Under the pieces are notes generated by a model that ran no database searches, had not been told where the DNA came from, and was given only the letters and a program-made list of their open reading frames with translations. A DNA stretch of 64,000 bases from Lama glama (taxonomy: Eukaryota): positions 59,026,001-59,090,000 of the forward strand of contig CM052817.1 of the NCBI GenBank assembly GCA_028534125.1. Direction: 5' to 3'. Shown here piece by piece: positions 38,964 to 52,427 of the stretch (position 1 is the stretch's first letter; every line of letters begins with the position of its first letter). Both the position numbers and the translations under genes were made by a program.

Positions 38964-41569
38964 AAAGTTTACAGATTTAATAGAAATGAATGTTTGTTTT
39001 AAATCTATTTTGCATAACAAAAAGCAAAATAATAAACACCAGCTAATATTAAAGTGTAAGAAAGTAGCTTAAGTATTCATACAGTAAAGTCATTTCTAAC
39101 ATATCAACTAAAAAGCATCTAGAATTACTGCTATGTTACTTTAAATCTATAATATAAAAAAGTGAGGAACAGAGTTTATTCCACTGCTTTTCTTTCCTTG
39201 CAAATTAAACTGATGAATGACCTATATTTCCTTCACATCCTCTACGATAAATTAAGCAAGTTGTATCTATTAAGAGATAACAGAAATATTTTTAAATTCA
39301 ATAGCACTGTTAAAAATAAGGTTTATGAAGGAATGAGCACAAGTGTGGCCCTGATATTTCTTCTCTGATATTCTTGATCTGTGATTAAGTTTACCATTTT
39401 TGGAAGAGAAATCTCTCAAATGATATGAACCATGCATTTTGGTCAAATTATTCAACCTGGTTTTCTTTGTGTGCTTATCTAACCAGCAGAGCTTCAGGAA
39501 GACAGCTTGCTTTCAGGCATTCTCAGTTAGACTAAGCATCTAACTGCTGGTCAGTTACATCAGCAAAATATTTCTCAGAACCTGTATAGATATAGGGTAA
39601 AACATTGTAATGGTGGCCTACTTTTACTGTACCTTTACTTATCTCCAAACAGGAAGCTGGCTATATTAAAACAGTGCAGACACTATGAGAGGATAAACTC
39701 AGAAGTGGTACTTGCTAGTGAAGAGAGTGTGTGGGTTTGAGTACCCTGCAAACGGCGCCCAATAGAGCACGCAGAGCTGCTGTCCTGCAGTACCTTATCC
39801 TGGAAATAAGACGGATTTGTGGGCTGAGGTAGGTCTGAGGAGTCCTGATCAGAGTAGAGACAACTGAAGCATTTGAGGAGTTCACAGGATGAATTAAATA
39901 CAGTAAGGCAGACCACCTAATTCATCTTGGATCTCTGAGATTACCAAGTTTATCTAGAGTTCTAGGGTAAAGAGTGAAAACTGAGTGTTTTGTGTGTCAC
40001 AGGAATCTTTCTCATTTTATATTCATGAAAAGATGCTGGAGACCTTAAGGAATGCCAAATAAATTATGAGTAAATGAAAGGGAGGGAGAAATTCCCTGCT
40101 TGACTGGTTACTCATCTCCAAAATAAGTAAATTGGTTTTAAGGAATTAAAGACTTTGTGTCAAGTTTTTACTTTGACACACTTACTTTACGCACATGAGT
40201 TTGACAACTCATTCATTTTACTTCACGTTTTCAGATCCTAAGCTTTTCCAAATGTCAACAGCTAAGGACTGTAGGTAGCTATTTTGGCACAGGATAAAAG
40301 ACAAAGAATAAATGTTTACTTGGCTCCATATCCGGCCATTCTGTCTGCCTCTGCTTCTTTACACTCCCAATATCCATGTGTAGTTTCTGGAGTAATTCAG
40401 CCATTGAGACTGAGACCTGTCCCTTGAAATAAATATGAGTTATTTATAGAACCTGCTTCTTTTTAACACATTGCCTAAGGCAACTAACTGGGTTCTGTGA
40501 ACTTTATGCAGGTATTATTGACCTGTTTTCTCTTACTCTTAAAATAAGTTTGTGATTATATGAAAGTAACCATTATGTGAGTAAATGTGGTTCTTAAATA
40601 TATTTATGAAATAAAGAAAATGTTGTACGGGCAAAAGGTAATTAGTGTATTTTACCTGTGGGTTAAATTCTGAAATTATCTTGGTGGGAAATTTTAAGCC
40701 TGATGGCAGTGTCTAAAATGTTAAGCTTTAGACTCTGGAACTTGGTGAGCTATTAGTTATATATTTATGAGCTCTGCTGTGATAGTAACGTTTTAAATGC
40801 AAATTTGTGTTTAGTTCAGCTTTCTCTTTTTGGAAACTTGTGCTAGAATGTACCCACAGTCTCAGTAAGCTAGTCAAATTAGAAAAGCATTTGGCTTAGC
40901 AATGTATTATTCACCTCTAAACAACGGTGATTCAGACAGTTGTATTGTGTTGTCCTAAATTAACTTACCCAACCATATGTAATATGCCTTGAGGACACAC
41001 ACCCACATAAAAGAAGTTTAAAGTATTATTTACTGATCCTGATATTTTATTTGAGAAAATAGGGTTTATTTAATGTTCCAAGGGAAATAAAAATATTAAA
41101 GAAGTTTTCTTTTGGCATCTAATTGTTAGATTCATTAGTTAGTAAGTCAAAAAATTTAAGTCAATTATTAATCAAGAACTGCATTAGGTGAGTGACTATC
41201 GAGATGAGTTAACACCTGATAAGATAAAAGTCATTTTTCTGAACACACAGTAGAATTGTAAGGGAACACTGACATTCCTGAATGAAACCTGAAAGCCTCA
41301 CGAGCATCTCAAATTCTAAACCCCAAACGTGGTTCCCTTCCACCATTGCATTTCCACCTCACCAGGCACCAGGCTAGGAAGGAACATCCTTGATACGTGC
41401 CTCCACCGTGCTTGCTCTCCATGGGAAGTCCCTCTACCAGCCCCATCATTTCAAACTGCTAAATTTTTCTTGGAATTGCCCCCTTCTCTACACTCCATGT
41501 CAGTGATTTATCTTTAGGACCCGATTTGGTTATTTTTTATTTCTACGTTTCACACATCTAGACTGGATG

Positions 41570-43700
41570 CTACTGTATATCAATTCTGAGCTAGTTATGA
41601 TGAAAAAAGAGAGATTGCAGACTTAGTAGCTTATTTGTGAGGTGTTATGGGTGGGAGACACATACAAACAGATAATTATATATAGGGATAAATTATATAG
41701 TAGATGAAATACATAGGAAGATATGCCTAAAATATCCTTTATCCCACACCTTCTATCTTCTTTCTTTTCTTATATCCTGTGCCTTGCTCAGATGCCAGTC
41801 TTTCTGAGACCCTCTTATTATTCCCAATGTCTGGGCCACCTGCCCATTCTGTATGTTTTCATATCTTCACTACTTTTTCTTTCTTTACAAATTTACACAG
41901 GATCGCTGGATTTGTTTTGTTCTTTTCTCTATTTCCTGTTAAACTATAAGTTCCTTGAAGATAGGTACCGTGCCTGGAGAAAATATTATTTCAAAGAGAT
42001 ACTACAACTCTCCCTGGGTGTTGGAATAAAAGCTTCATTAAGAAAGTACACTTGAGTTGACTTTTAATAAAGAATTAGAAATTTTCCAGGTAGAAAGAAG
42101 GGTGACAGTGGCAAAGTAAAAGCAAATATAGTGACAAGGGAGAACAGAATGATATGAGATGATGAATGAGCTCGGTAGTGTGGTGTGGCTGGGCTATTAT
42201 GTTTAGGGAAAGAGACATGGGAGATCACAGAGGGCCTAGAACATGAGCTGCCTTGTCTGTTTTGCAGTGAAATACAAACTTTATCCTATGTGCTCAAAGT
42301 TCCAGAACTGGACTGCCTGAGTCCAGTTCACTTACCATCTGTGTAATGTTGGGTAATTTGTTTAAACTTTTTAGGACTCAGCTTCCTCATCTATAAAATT
42401 GTGATTATAAGGCTCACTTGAGGATTTAAGTATATGTCCTTACATGTTTAGCACAACCTGGATCCGTGGTGCTATATAAGCTAGCTAATTTTACTGTCAT
42501 GCTTTTTATTTTCATTTTTATTAAGTAGTTGAGAGTCACAGGAAAACATTAAAGCCATTAAGTAACATAATAATTGATTTTGGAAAGGTAATTATAGCAA
42601 ATAGGGGGAGGAAGGATTGGAAGGAAAACAAGATGAAAAAGGCAATTTATGAGGCTTTTATGATAGGTTAAATTTGCTTAAACTTTATATAGTTTGAATT
42701 ACATTTAAAATAGTTTAAAGTTAAAAGTTAAACACTTTACTTTTAAGCTGTGAAAAGCATCCAAGGGAATTGTGATTTACTTGAGAGATAATTAAAAACA
42801 GAATATATAAAAGTATAGAAGAAGATGTAATGATACAGAAAGAGAGAAAGAAATACTAACACTATGTTTGGGGGTTTATGGTTATTTCATTCATCAAAAA
42901 ATTAATTCACTAAGGAAAAAGGTAACATTTATTATTGAAGTGTTACTGTCCATTAATAAGGAAGCTTATTGTAGGAGAAATTAAAAGAATTACTGTAATT
43001 AAAAAAAAAACTGAACTGGAGGTAACTGTAGACAACTACTTAGAGGTATCTGATAGAAAATTCTATGGTATTAAAGAAACGCTAACCAAAGTTCTGCTTC
43101 CCCAAAGAAATGAGTTGTACCAGAAAGTAAATGAGCACACTACATCTTTCATCAAGTATATTTTACTACAAGAAAAAGGAGGTGGTCGGGGGCAGCTAAT
43201 CTGAACTATGCTTAGGTGCTTAGTGGTAGAGTTAATTTACATTTTGACCAAAGTTTCTTAGCTCAAAGCTGATCAGAATAATTTGAGGATCACTCTCTGG
43301 GAAGTACTAGTCTACAGCTTGAGAGAGAATTCTGAATTTAAGATATTGACTTAGAAGTATAAATTATATTGGTGATAGAGAAAATGCTGGGAGTATTGGC
43401 AAATGTTAAAAGAAATCATGAGATGTGGGGGGAAGAAAACACTAAGTTTTAAGAAGTGGGCACAGAGGAGCATGAAAAAGAAATATTCATGGACCATGGG
43501 CAAGAAGAACATGAAGTGATGCATGGAAGAAAAATCTAGAGTTCTCAAAGGGCATATAGATTCACAGAGTGAGTAATAACACATGATATAACAACTTACT
43601 TTTTAAGAAAATGCTGGGTAGTTGAGCTGAAATTCTATCTCCATGGTTCAGAGGTGAGTACATAACTCTAGAATGAAGTGGAGGTAACTCTGATTCATGT
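41570..43700 (-). mobile_element. Fragmented antisense L2 with nested sense L2 piece (~41720-41980) and MIR
   Basis: Antisense L2 blocks 'aaagcttcattaagaaagtacacttgagttgacttttaa..gaaattttccaggtagaaagaaggg' and 'gtgtggtgtggctgg..gagatcacagagggcct'. Sense 3' end 'aactataagttccttgaagataggtaccgtgcc'. Boundaries loose. Confidence 0.55.
42290..42490 (+). mobile_element. MIR SINE
   Basis: 'gactgcctgagtccag..cacttaccatctgtgtaatgttgggtaatttgtttaaac..ctcagcttcctcatctataaaattg..ttagcacaacctgg'. Confidence 0.85.
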
Positions 43701-43779
43701 GCCAAGTTACTTGGATAGAAGGATGATATTTATAGGAAGTGAGTGAATTTTAAGAAGTTCATAACAGTAAGTTACCCCT

Positions 43780-44156
43780 GTAGAACACTTCAGTTTTCCA
43801 CCCTCATCTTTCCTCCCATCTCCAGAGAGTTACTTGACCCCTAACCACTGGTCCTCTTCTCGCAGTTGACAGAGGTGATGCCTTGTTTGCTTCCTGTCCC
43901 CTAGATTTGGGGTTTAGCTTTCTCTGACCTGCTCAGTCAGTTAACACTTGTTCATCAGATTTCAAATCCAGCATTTTGACCTTACTTACTTGTGCTTTTT
44001 CCTCCAATTCTCTTTTCCTTTATATCCTTGTTTTTTTGTTTGTTCTGTTTTTTTCCTTTCTTTTTTTTTTGTTTTTTTCCCTCTCAGTATTTTAATGGAG
44101 TTTGGGGAGAGTACAAATATAAACATGTGTTAATGCTGCCCATTGGCCTGGAGGTC
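43780..44156 (-). mobile_element. Ancient L1 (L1ME/HAL1-type) 5' end
   Basis: End 'ttttaatggagtttggggagagtacaaatataaacatgtgttaatgctgcccattggcctggaggtc' resembles the reverse complement of the old L1 start (GACTTCCGG..ATGGCGG..AAACCCCACTAAAA). Confidence 0.6.
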
Positions 44157-45628
44157 CAAAGCTGTCATATGAAGTAAGTATATACCTGTACTGAAATAAC
44201 ATTCCTGCATCTTTTCAGGGATTAAGTCATTCTTCTCCCTTTACTCTTAACTCCTAACTTTTCTGTTCTAAAAAACACTTTCATTATTTCCCATTAAAAA
44301 AAATATATAGGTAGGACTTACATAGATAATTCTGAAGTCTACCCTGCTTCTCTTTGTCTGATTCTAATTAACATGATTTGATTTCTCTTGCCTTGAGCAA
44401 GACACTGATTTAAGCCTCTGCCTTTTTCTCACATCGTGGAGGACTGTAATTTCTGTTTTTCTAGGACTCAAATGTGTAACTGCTATCTCTTACTGTCTAT
44501 GTGATTTGGTTCATCCCTTTAAAGCTGAATTTCTGACATAAAAGACGATTTATTGTCTTCTCTTTCACAAACTAAATAATCTTTCACCTTGCCCTTAAAT
44601 CTTTTTTTTTCTTTTGTTGTTCTCGCTAATTTCCATATATCTATCTTTAAAAAGTCCTGAAGTTAAGTAGTGTTAAGAAAGGTTCAGATTCAAAGCATCA
44701 TGTTTCTTTCCTTTAGTGTCTTTTAAAAAAGTAAAATGAAATCACTTGGTAGACTTTTTAAGCAGTTGTGCTTTGCGTTGCGTTCTCATCCATTCTTCTT
44801 TGTTGTGCCCTATAGACTACATAAAATACCTGTATAAAGTAGATAATTTATCATATAGTCTACATCATATTGATGAGCAAATATCATACTCATGAAGTGT
44901 AGCTAAAAATACTTAGAATTGTACTAGTTTCTGGAATACGACTTCTGGAATCTTGGTGTTTCCATTCTGAAAGCGTAAGTGCAAGTCACATGCCTTATCG
45001 AATTTTTATAATCATCATCTATATAACATACTGGAATGGCTAGAAAAATAAAGTATCAGCTGTTTGTGAAATAGATATTTTGAATCTATTCCAAAATTCA
45101 ATTATATACACTTAATTTCCAAGTAAGTCTGGGACTGTACTCTTCCATCTTCCTGAATTGGTCACTTGGCTTCTTTGTTACATATGAAAAAAAGGGAGAC
45201 GCAGCACTCAACCAAGTGACGTAGGTTGCTGATATTCACGCCACTAACAATATCAGCTCATTCAGTGGGAAGCAGTTGTGCAATAGACCCTGTCAAAAGT
45301 CAAGAACTATTTACAGTTACTTGAAGTTGTAATTACCACTATTTGATCTACATTGAGATAAACAAAGGAAAGTGAAGGAGGGGGGAGAAAAGTAATAGTT
45401 GGAGAGTGATTGTCTTGATCCAGACAGCACGTGAGCTGGTTTGCGTGTTATCTCATTTAATGCACATGCCCATCCTTACAGACCCTCCTTTCTTTATTTC
45501 TATTTGATTCTCAAACATTAATTTTTTTACTACTCATAACAATAAAATAACTAATATTTATTCAATACCAATGCAGTTTAATAATCTAAATTATATATGT
45601 GTATTCTAAGATATATGTATGTATATTC

Positions 45629-45827
45629 TTTTTTTTTAATTGAAGTATAGTCAGTTTACAATGTTGTGTCAATTTCTGGTGTACAGCATAATGTTTCAGT
45701 CATACATGAACATATATATTCCTTTTTGTATTCTCTTTTATTATAGGCTATTATAAGATATTGAATATAATTCCTTGTGCTATACAGTAGAACCTTGTTG
45801 TTTATCTATTTTACATATAGTACTTAG
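45629..45827 (-). mobile_element. Truncated L1 3' end inserted into a MIR
   Basis: Poly-T followed by 'aattgaagtatagtcagtttacaatgttgtgtcaatttctggtgtacagcata..ccttgtgctatacagtag'. Short TSD-like 'tattctt' on both sides. Confidence 0.85.
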
Positions 45828-45834
45828 TATTCTT

Positions 45835-46003
45835 ATCTACAGAACAAGTCTATAGGTGGTAGATGGAGTTATTAGTATAGACAATAAATGAGGAAACTCT
45901 AAATCAGGGAAGTTTAGTAACTTGTCCAAATTCACAAATTTAGTAAGTCAAGTTGCTGGATCCCTTTTACTCCAAAGCCCACACTGCTTCCACTGTATCA
46001 TAT
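45835..46003 (-). mobile_element. MIR SINE (remainder)
   Basis: 'aaatgaggaaactct..tagtaacttgtccaaattcaca..tagtaagt..actccaaagcccacactgcttccactgtatca'. Confidence 0.8.
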
Positions 46004-47974
46004 TGTTTCTTCACATATTGATTACTTTATCTTTTAATTTGCTCCTATACATGAAATCTGTTATTTTTATTATTAATAGCTGCTTTGAAAATTATATCAA
46101 TATTTTATCTGCCTTTTAAAGTTGCTAAAGGTTTATTCATCATCACTGGGACTGAGTTTTGTAAGCAAGCAATTCCACCAATATACTCTAGTAATACAGT
46201 TGGTAGTAATAGTATTATAGCATATTATGTAAGGACATGTCGTTTGTATGATTTTAATTATAGCTTATAGTATATTCATAATTCTGTTCCTGGTACACAA
46301 ATAAATGACTCTAATGTATAGTTTCAATGATAATATCTTAATCTTTATGTATCATTCAGTATAAATAAAATATTCCACTTATATTATGTTGCTATCCATG
46401 TTTTAACTTGACGTATGTAGATAAAATCTGAGGTACTACACATAATAACAAGAATTTCCCAGTCCTGAAATTTTTTATTCATGGTGCTGTTCTCCACAGA
46501 ATTATTAATGAAAAGACAACCTTTGTTTATTCGAATATTCACACCATACGGCACTTTAGAGATGTCTTTTATTTCATACTCACATTTCATACCTAATGTT
46601 GCAAAGCAGACATTCTTCACCATAAGTGTTACTTATTGATGCTTAAAGGTTCAATGAATTATTCAGCCCCTTTACCCTTCTTGCTTTGCTGCACACCTAT
46701 TGAGTTTTCAGAGCAGTTTCATATCAATAAATTTGTTCTTGCTTTGCAGCTCCAATTTCATGCTTGGCCTTTTCTAAGTGACATACAAGAAAAATAAATA
46801 ACCAGAAGGAATAAAATATGTATACAAATTGCTTTAAATAACTCGATACCTGAATTGTTAAAGTTCCCAAGGGTTTCGAAAATTAAGACATGAAAGCAAG
46901 ACGTCAGAAGCAGGCTACATGCAAATGTAATCAGCAAAAAAGCTTGTCTTGTTAACATGCAGTCTGGGAAGAGTGACATGTCTTCATAGGCATGTTGTAC
47001 TCAGAGTTGAAAGCACTCTTAACAAATCAGTCCCTAAGAGTTCAAGAACTCACTGCCACTTTGTATCTTATGTTGTCACATACACACAGCGAGGCAGACA
47101 GCAAAAGAATGAAGGGCTAATCTGAGCAGAATGAATAGGCAATTCCAATAAAATGGCAGTTTGAGGTAAGAAGTCAAGAACTTCAGTGTTTCCGATTTTT
47201 ATAAAAAGGAAACCACTCATGTTTATACCTACTTCAAATAGTTGGTTATCAAAGCTGGAAAATTTATTTTCATTAGTCAGAAAATCCTACCATATTCTTT
47301 TCATCGTAAAATATAAAGTGATTTTAATATGAGAGAGGCCATTCATGCCTTCCAAATTGCATCCATCAAAGCTCAAGAGTAAAAATTTGCTCTGTTTTCA
47401 GCCAAGACTCTATTTGGATTTCAATGAGAAAATATATTCCTCCTAATGTATTAGATTTACTGATGACAGTCTCTTTTTCAAAATACTGAACCAAATGTAA
47501 ACAATAAACATTCCCAAGAATGTATTTCCATCCATCCACCAACCCATTCAGTTTTCATCAAACAAATAAATTTTGATGTCCCAGATTTTTAAAAAAAGAA
47601 AGAAACAAATAATAAAATAAATACTATTGAATGATGCAGGCATTATATTGAAAATATCTTAATATAGTTTCAATTAAAAGAATTTTCTCTTAAAACATTG
47701 GCAACAACACTTTCAATAGAATCAATTTTTTGTTTGTTTGAATAAACGTGCTATTTTTAGTGACTGTTTTCTTCAAAATCTTGACTGAATCCACTTGTCT
47801 AGTACAATAGGAAGGTTTTATATATGAAGGTAGGACATTTTTAATTTTTAGAATAACTTTACTGAAATACCATCTAATTTAGCAATTCACCAATGACTAC
47901 CTGCAAACAACTCAACATTTAAGAATAAAGGACAAGGTACGTTCCTTATTAAAGTCCATACAGTATGTCATTTA

Positions 47975-48047
47975 AATTATCTAATTTAATGCTCACAATA
48001 CCTTCTTGAGATTGATATTATTATCTCTATTTTATATGAAGAAACTA
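47975..48047 (-). mobile_element. MIR fragment
   Basis: 'attatctaatttaatgctcacaataccttcttgag..tattattatctctattttatatgaagaaact'. Confidence 0.7.
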
Positions 48048-48049
48048 CA

Positions 48050-48490
48050 TGTCCTGGTTGGTGTTCCCCAGCAGCTGACCCTGAGATAGCTTAGCATTCA
48101 GGTATTTTAATGAGGAGTTGACCTCAGGAAATACAGGAGGAGAGTCGGGGAATGAAAGAGGTAAGGAAAGGAAGTCGTGAAGAATGAAGATTGTAGGAGC
48201 TTACCACATACGTAGGTAATTGGAGCTCAGTCCCACTGAGGAACTGTGGGTGATAGTCATAGAGCAAGCTTACTCCATCTTAGGGGCCAGAGAGCTGGGA
48301 AATACATCTACTAAGTCCTTGTTCCTCATGGTTCCTCTGCTGTTTGAATGAGGGCTATTGATCCAGCACCTCCAGCTTGCTCAGCACAGGAGCAGATTGT
48401 GCTCCAGGCCAGAAAAAAAGCCTTCAGGCCAAAAGTGCAGTAAGAAGTCATTATCACAATGGGGAATGGGGAGGGCAGCCTCACCTGCAT
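48050..48490 (-). mobile_element. ERVL LTR (LTR16 family)
   Basis: 'tgtcctggttggtgttccccagcagctgaccctgaga..caggaaatac..ggtaattggagctcagtcccactgaggaactgtggg' follows the antisense LTR16 consensus. Confidence 0.75.
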
Positions 48491-51400
48491 TGAGATAAAG
48501 AGAGTAGTTAAATAATACTGCTTAAAACCAGATGACAATGTCGAAAACAGAACATCAAACCAAGTGGGAAACAAACAAAAAGTTTATCATTTCTCTTCAT
48601 TCTTCTGACAGATTTTGAAAACCTTTAACCTTTTCTGGAGACCGAGTTTCAAATATGTTTCTCTACAAAGATAGTAAAATGTAGTTAAAAATATTTTTCA
48701 TGTAATAGTACAATTTGACATACTTCCATTACTATATAAACTACACAACAAGCATCTATTGATTACTGAATCTCATGTTATTTATCCAATAACAAACCAC
48801 TTTACTGTATTAGACAGCTTTTTGTCATTTTGTGCCAACTTCTTTGGCCATAGGCAAATATATTGCATTCAACTTTTTGAAATAGTTTTACCATTTGCTT
48901 TATTTATTTATTTTAAGGTACTGAATCTTTGGACTTACCACCTCACAAACTTTTGTTTCAGAGTTTTAAATTTCTTCTTAAATTTGATTTGCCTGTAATC
49001 TAAAATAGATATTCATAGTCATCTATATATTTTCTCTCCTTCTTGCTAGTTTTGTTTCTGGGGCATTTGACAATTTCCATGGCCTGTTTCTAGACCCTTT
49101 AGAATTTCTATATGCCTTGTGTTTATGAAGACCAACTTATGTAAACTTCAGATAGAAACAAAGGAGAATGTTAAATGTCACAATGGCAGGATGATACAGC
49201 AGTTAGGGTAGCACTTATATAAATGCCTCTTTTTGAAGTTACCACTTCAAGAATTCTGGTTAGACATGATGACTTTCAGAGGAGTAAGGCAGTCGTGATC
49301 TTTTCCTGTGTTTTATCTACAAAAGCAGTAATAACAGATATCCTCAAATCAGAACTGGATGTTCACAGTTCACATACTCTGTGTCTTTTTCTGGCATCTT
49401 ATCTACTACGGGAAGAACAGTTTCCATCTGTGTACATCATACTCCATTCTGACAAAGCAGTCACCTGAAACTTAAACAAATGCTCTACATTCAGCCCTTC
49501 TCTGAATTTGTGTAAACGTACCCAAACACTGTTGGCTAAGGTAAAACAAAAAAATATCATCTACAACAGTGAATCTCAGTAAAATTTTTTTCCAACTTTA
49601 ATAAAAAATTAAGCAGTCATCCTAATGAATTCTTCACTAGAAAGAATTAAATGGTTTACTTCTGATGCAGACATTTATTTGAATGATTTTAATTACCATC
49701 TAACATGCCCTCATGTTGTCCTGTTCATTCATCTTAGTACCTTTTAACCTTCATTTACATAATTTTTGCTGTTCTATTTACTTCTATTCATTGTATGTCA
49801 TTAATGGGATTTAATTTATACTGACATTTCCAATGAGACCTATTTTTGTATTCTTTTTCCAGATTGAGATGTTCCTGTAGTTTTCCAAATTTTCTTTTTA
49901 AGCCAGTAATCTTCCCTTTCCATCTTCATATATGTTCTGTTTAGAAAGACTTTTAAAAGTGAATTTGAAAACCTTTATTCCAGCATTTATTACAAATACA
50001 GCATTTTATTCTTCCCATGTAATACTATTTATGCCTACAAAATTTTATAACATTATGAAGTGTGGTGTGATCAATGAATATTACTCTAAAGTAAAAGACT
50101 TAGTAATTTATTTTTCAATAATCCTCATGTAAATAGAACTGAAAATCTTTTATTATATATTCTCTAGATGCCTGCAAATTGATGAACATATTAACAGTAA
50201 AATTCTCTTCTTTGAAAAATTGTCTTAGCCTTACCAGAATTAATATATTAATATAACTGGAGAAAGGAGAAAATATAGCAAATGACTAATCATTATCATC
50301 AGTTTTTTTCTTCCACATTTTTACTTTTAACTTGGAATTTATCAGCCTTTTCTGTTTCCAAAAAGGTAATACAGTCAAATGCTTTGTAGGAAATCTTACT
50401 GTTAGTCCTACAGGATAATAATTAGATTGAATTTTGAACAAAATGACATTGTAAGTTTCACTTCTTATATTATATTTGAACCTAATTTTTTTTTCCCATT
50501 TGAAACATCAAAACTTTCTACCATTTTTACCATGGATGTAATAACATGAAGGCCAGTATGAGCTGACAGGGAATAGAGAATGAAATTTACTCAGATCATT
50601 GTTTGATCTGCCATGAAAAAATTTTAAAGAGCTTTTTTATGTTTTCTGCTTCAAAAACTTGAACGAACTTCATGAAAAATAGACTGGGCATGTGTGCTTT
50701 CTTGTTTTGGATACTTGAGTCTTCTGCAAACTGAAGAACTTGTGTCTGCAAAAGAAGTTTCTGGGTAGCAAGTGTCCAACCATGCTAATGAAAACTAGTT
50801 TCTTTAGAAAACTTCAGTATTTTGTGACTTATTTTATGATGGCAAATAAATAAAGGAAAAAACTACAGGGGACAAAGACAGCAGGAACTATTGTTTAACT
50901 GTGGCCTTCTTGTAATTTCTCTTCTCTCTTTTCCTAGATTATGATCAATAAAGTATCCATGTATTAATTACCTTGATCATTTTAATACAGCTCCTCTCTA
51001 AATCTTTTATAGGCATACATCCAACAAACATAATTTAAGATAATGTTTAATCACTACGTATAATCTATAGCACTTAACTTCCAAATGTGCATTATTTTCT
51101 CATTAAATTAAGGTTAGTGATCTTAGTGATATTGCTAACTAGTAAATTGCTTGGTGTTTGAGATCCCTTGACCCTAAACTGAGATGATTGCAGTAGTGTG
51201 CAGTTAATGGTCAGTTTGAAGATTTGTAATAAATATGTACTTTTACATAATTCTGTGAATTTTGCTGTAATATAGTTTCCTGAAGTGATCATCTCACTAA
51301 TTATTCTCTCCCTGGTCTCATTCATGTTTAAAAACATTCCTTTTATAGTATTTTGGTGTGGAAGGAAAATAGTTGCATCTAGAGAAGAAAGGCCTGGATG

Positions 51401-51519
51401 CTGTTCATCGTGGCTCTTCTACTAATTACCTGTAAGAAATTAAGGCCAATTGATGTGGCTGCCCTAGATGATTTCTTGTGCCATTTCCATAGCCAGAATT
51501 TTTTGATTAAGAAAAAAAT

Positions 51520-51880
51520 TACTCTTTGGGAAATTGTCTACTCAGTTCTTCTGCCCAGTTTTTAATTGGGTTGTGTTTTTTTTAATGTTGAGCTGTATGA
51601 GCTGTTTATGTGTGTTGGATATTAACTCATTATTAGATCACTTGCAAATATTTTTCCCTATTCAGTAGGTTGTCTTTTCATTTTGTTGATGGTTTCCTTT
51701 GCTTTGCAAAAGCTTTTAAGTTTAATTAGGTCTCATTTGTTTATTTTTGCTTCTATCTCCTTTGTTTTAGGAGACCAAAAAAATTATTGCAATTTATATC
51801 AAAGTGTTACATCTGTATTTTCCTGGTATCTGGGCTTACATTTAGGTCTTTAATCCATTTGCATATGGTGTTAGAGAATG
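51520..51880 (-). mobile_element. L1 ORF2 C-terminal fragment
   Basis: 'tcttctgcccagtttttaattgggttg', 'gtaggttgtcttttcattttgttgatggtttcctttgctttgcaaaagcttttaagtttaattaggtctcatttgtttatttttgc'. Confidence 0.9.
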
Positions 51881-51881
51881 C

Positions 51882-52427
51882 CTTCATGATATTTGCCACT
51901 TGGTATTATGCTTGTAAATATATTATTACATAGCAAAAGGGATTTTGCAGATGAAATTAGGTCGCTAATCAGCTGACTGTAAAATAGGGAAATACCATGG
52001 ATTATTCAGAAGTGCCCAATGTAATCTCTTGGGCACTTAATAACAGATGAGGGCAGCAGAAGAGGAAATCAGATGGGAAAGGAGGTGAGCTGAGGCAAGA
52101 GGATTTGACTGCTCTTTGCTGGCTTTAAAGATAAAGAGGGAGAAGGGCAGGCTAGAAGCTGAGAACTGCTCCTGGCCAAGTCCAGTAAGGAAACAGGACC
52201 TAGGCAGAACAGTGTGCAGAACTGAATTTTGCCAGTCTGCATGTGCCTGGAAGTGGATTCTCCTCCAGAGCCTTCAGTAAAGAAGATAACCCTGCCTACA
52301 CATTAATTTTAGCCTGAGGAGATCCCTGTTGGATTTCTGACGTTCAAAACTTCGTGAGATAATAAATTTCTGTTGTTTTGAATGACGTATGTGGTAATTT
52401 GTTAAGCAACAATAGAAAGCCAGTACA
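51882..52427 (+). mobile_element. MaLR LTR (MLT1D/E-like)
   Basis: 'ttacatagcaaaagggattttgcagatg..ctaatcagctgac', 'gaagtggattctcctccagagcct', 3' end 'gtgagataataaatttctgttgttt..gtggtaatttgtta.gcaacaatagaaagccagtaca'. Confidence 0.85.

Noticed and set aside
40320..40416. Minus-strand exon candidate (open frame VSVSMAELLQKLHMDIG...)
   Set aside because: Weak acceptor and donor (CAA|gtaaac), unrecognised peptide, and opposite to the inferred host strand.
45228..45257. 9-bp hairpin gctgatatt/aatatcagc (also an 8-bp one at 40156-40180)
   Set aside because: Several such stems are expected by chance in 64 kb, and they are too short for a pre-miRNA.
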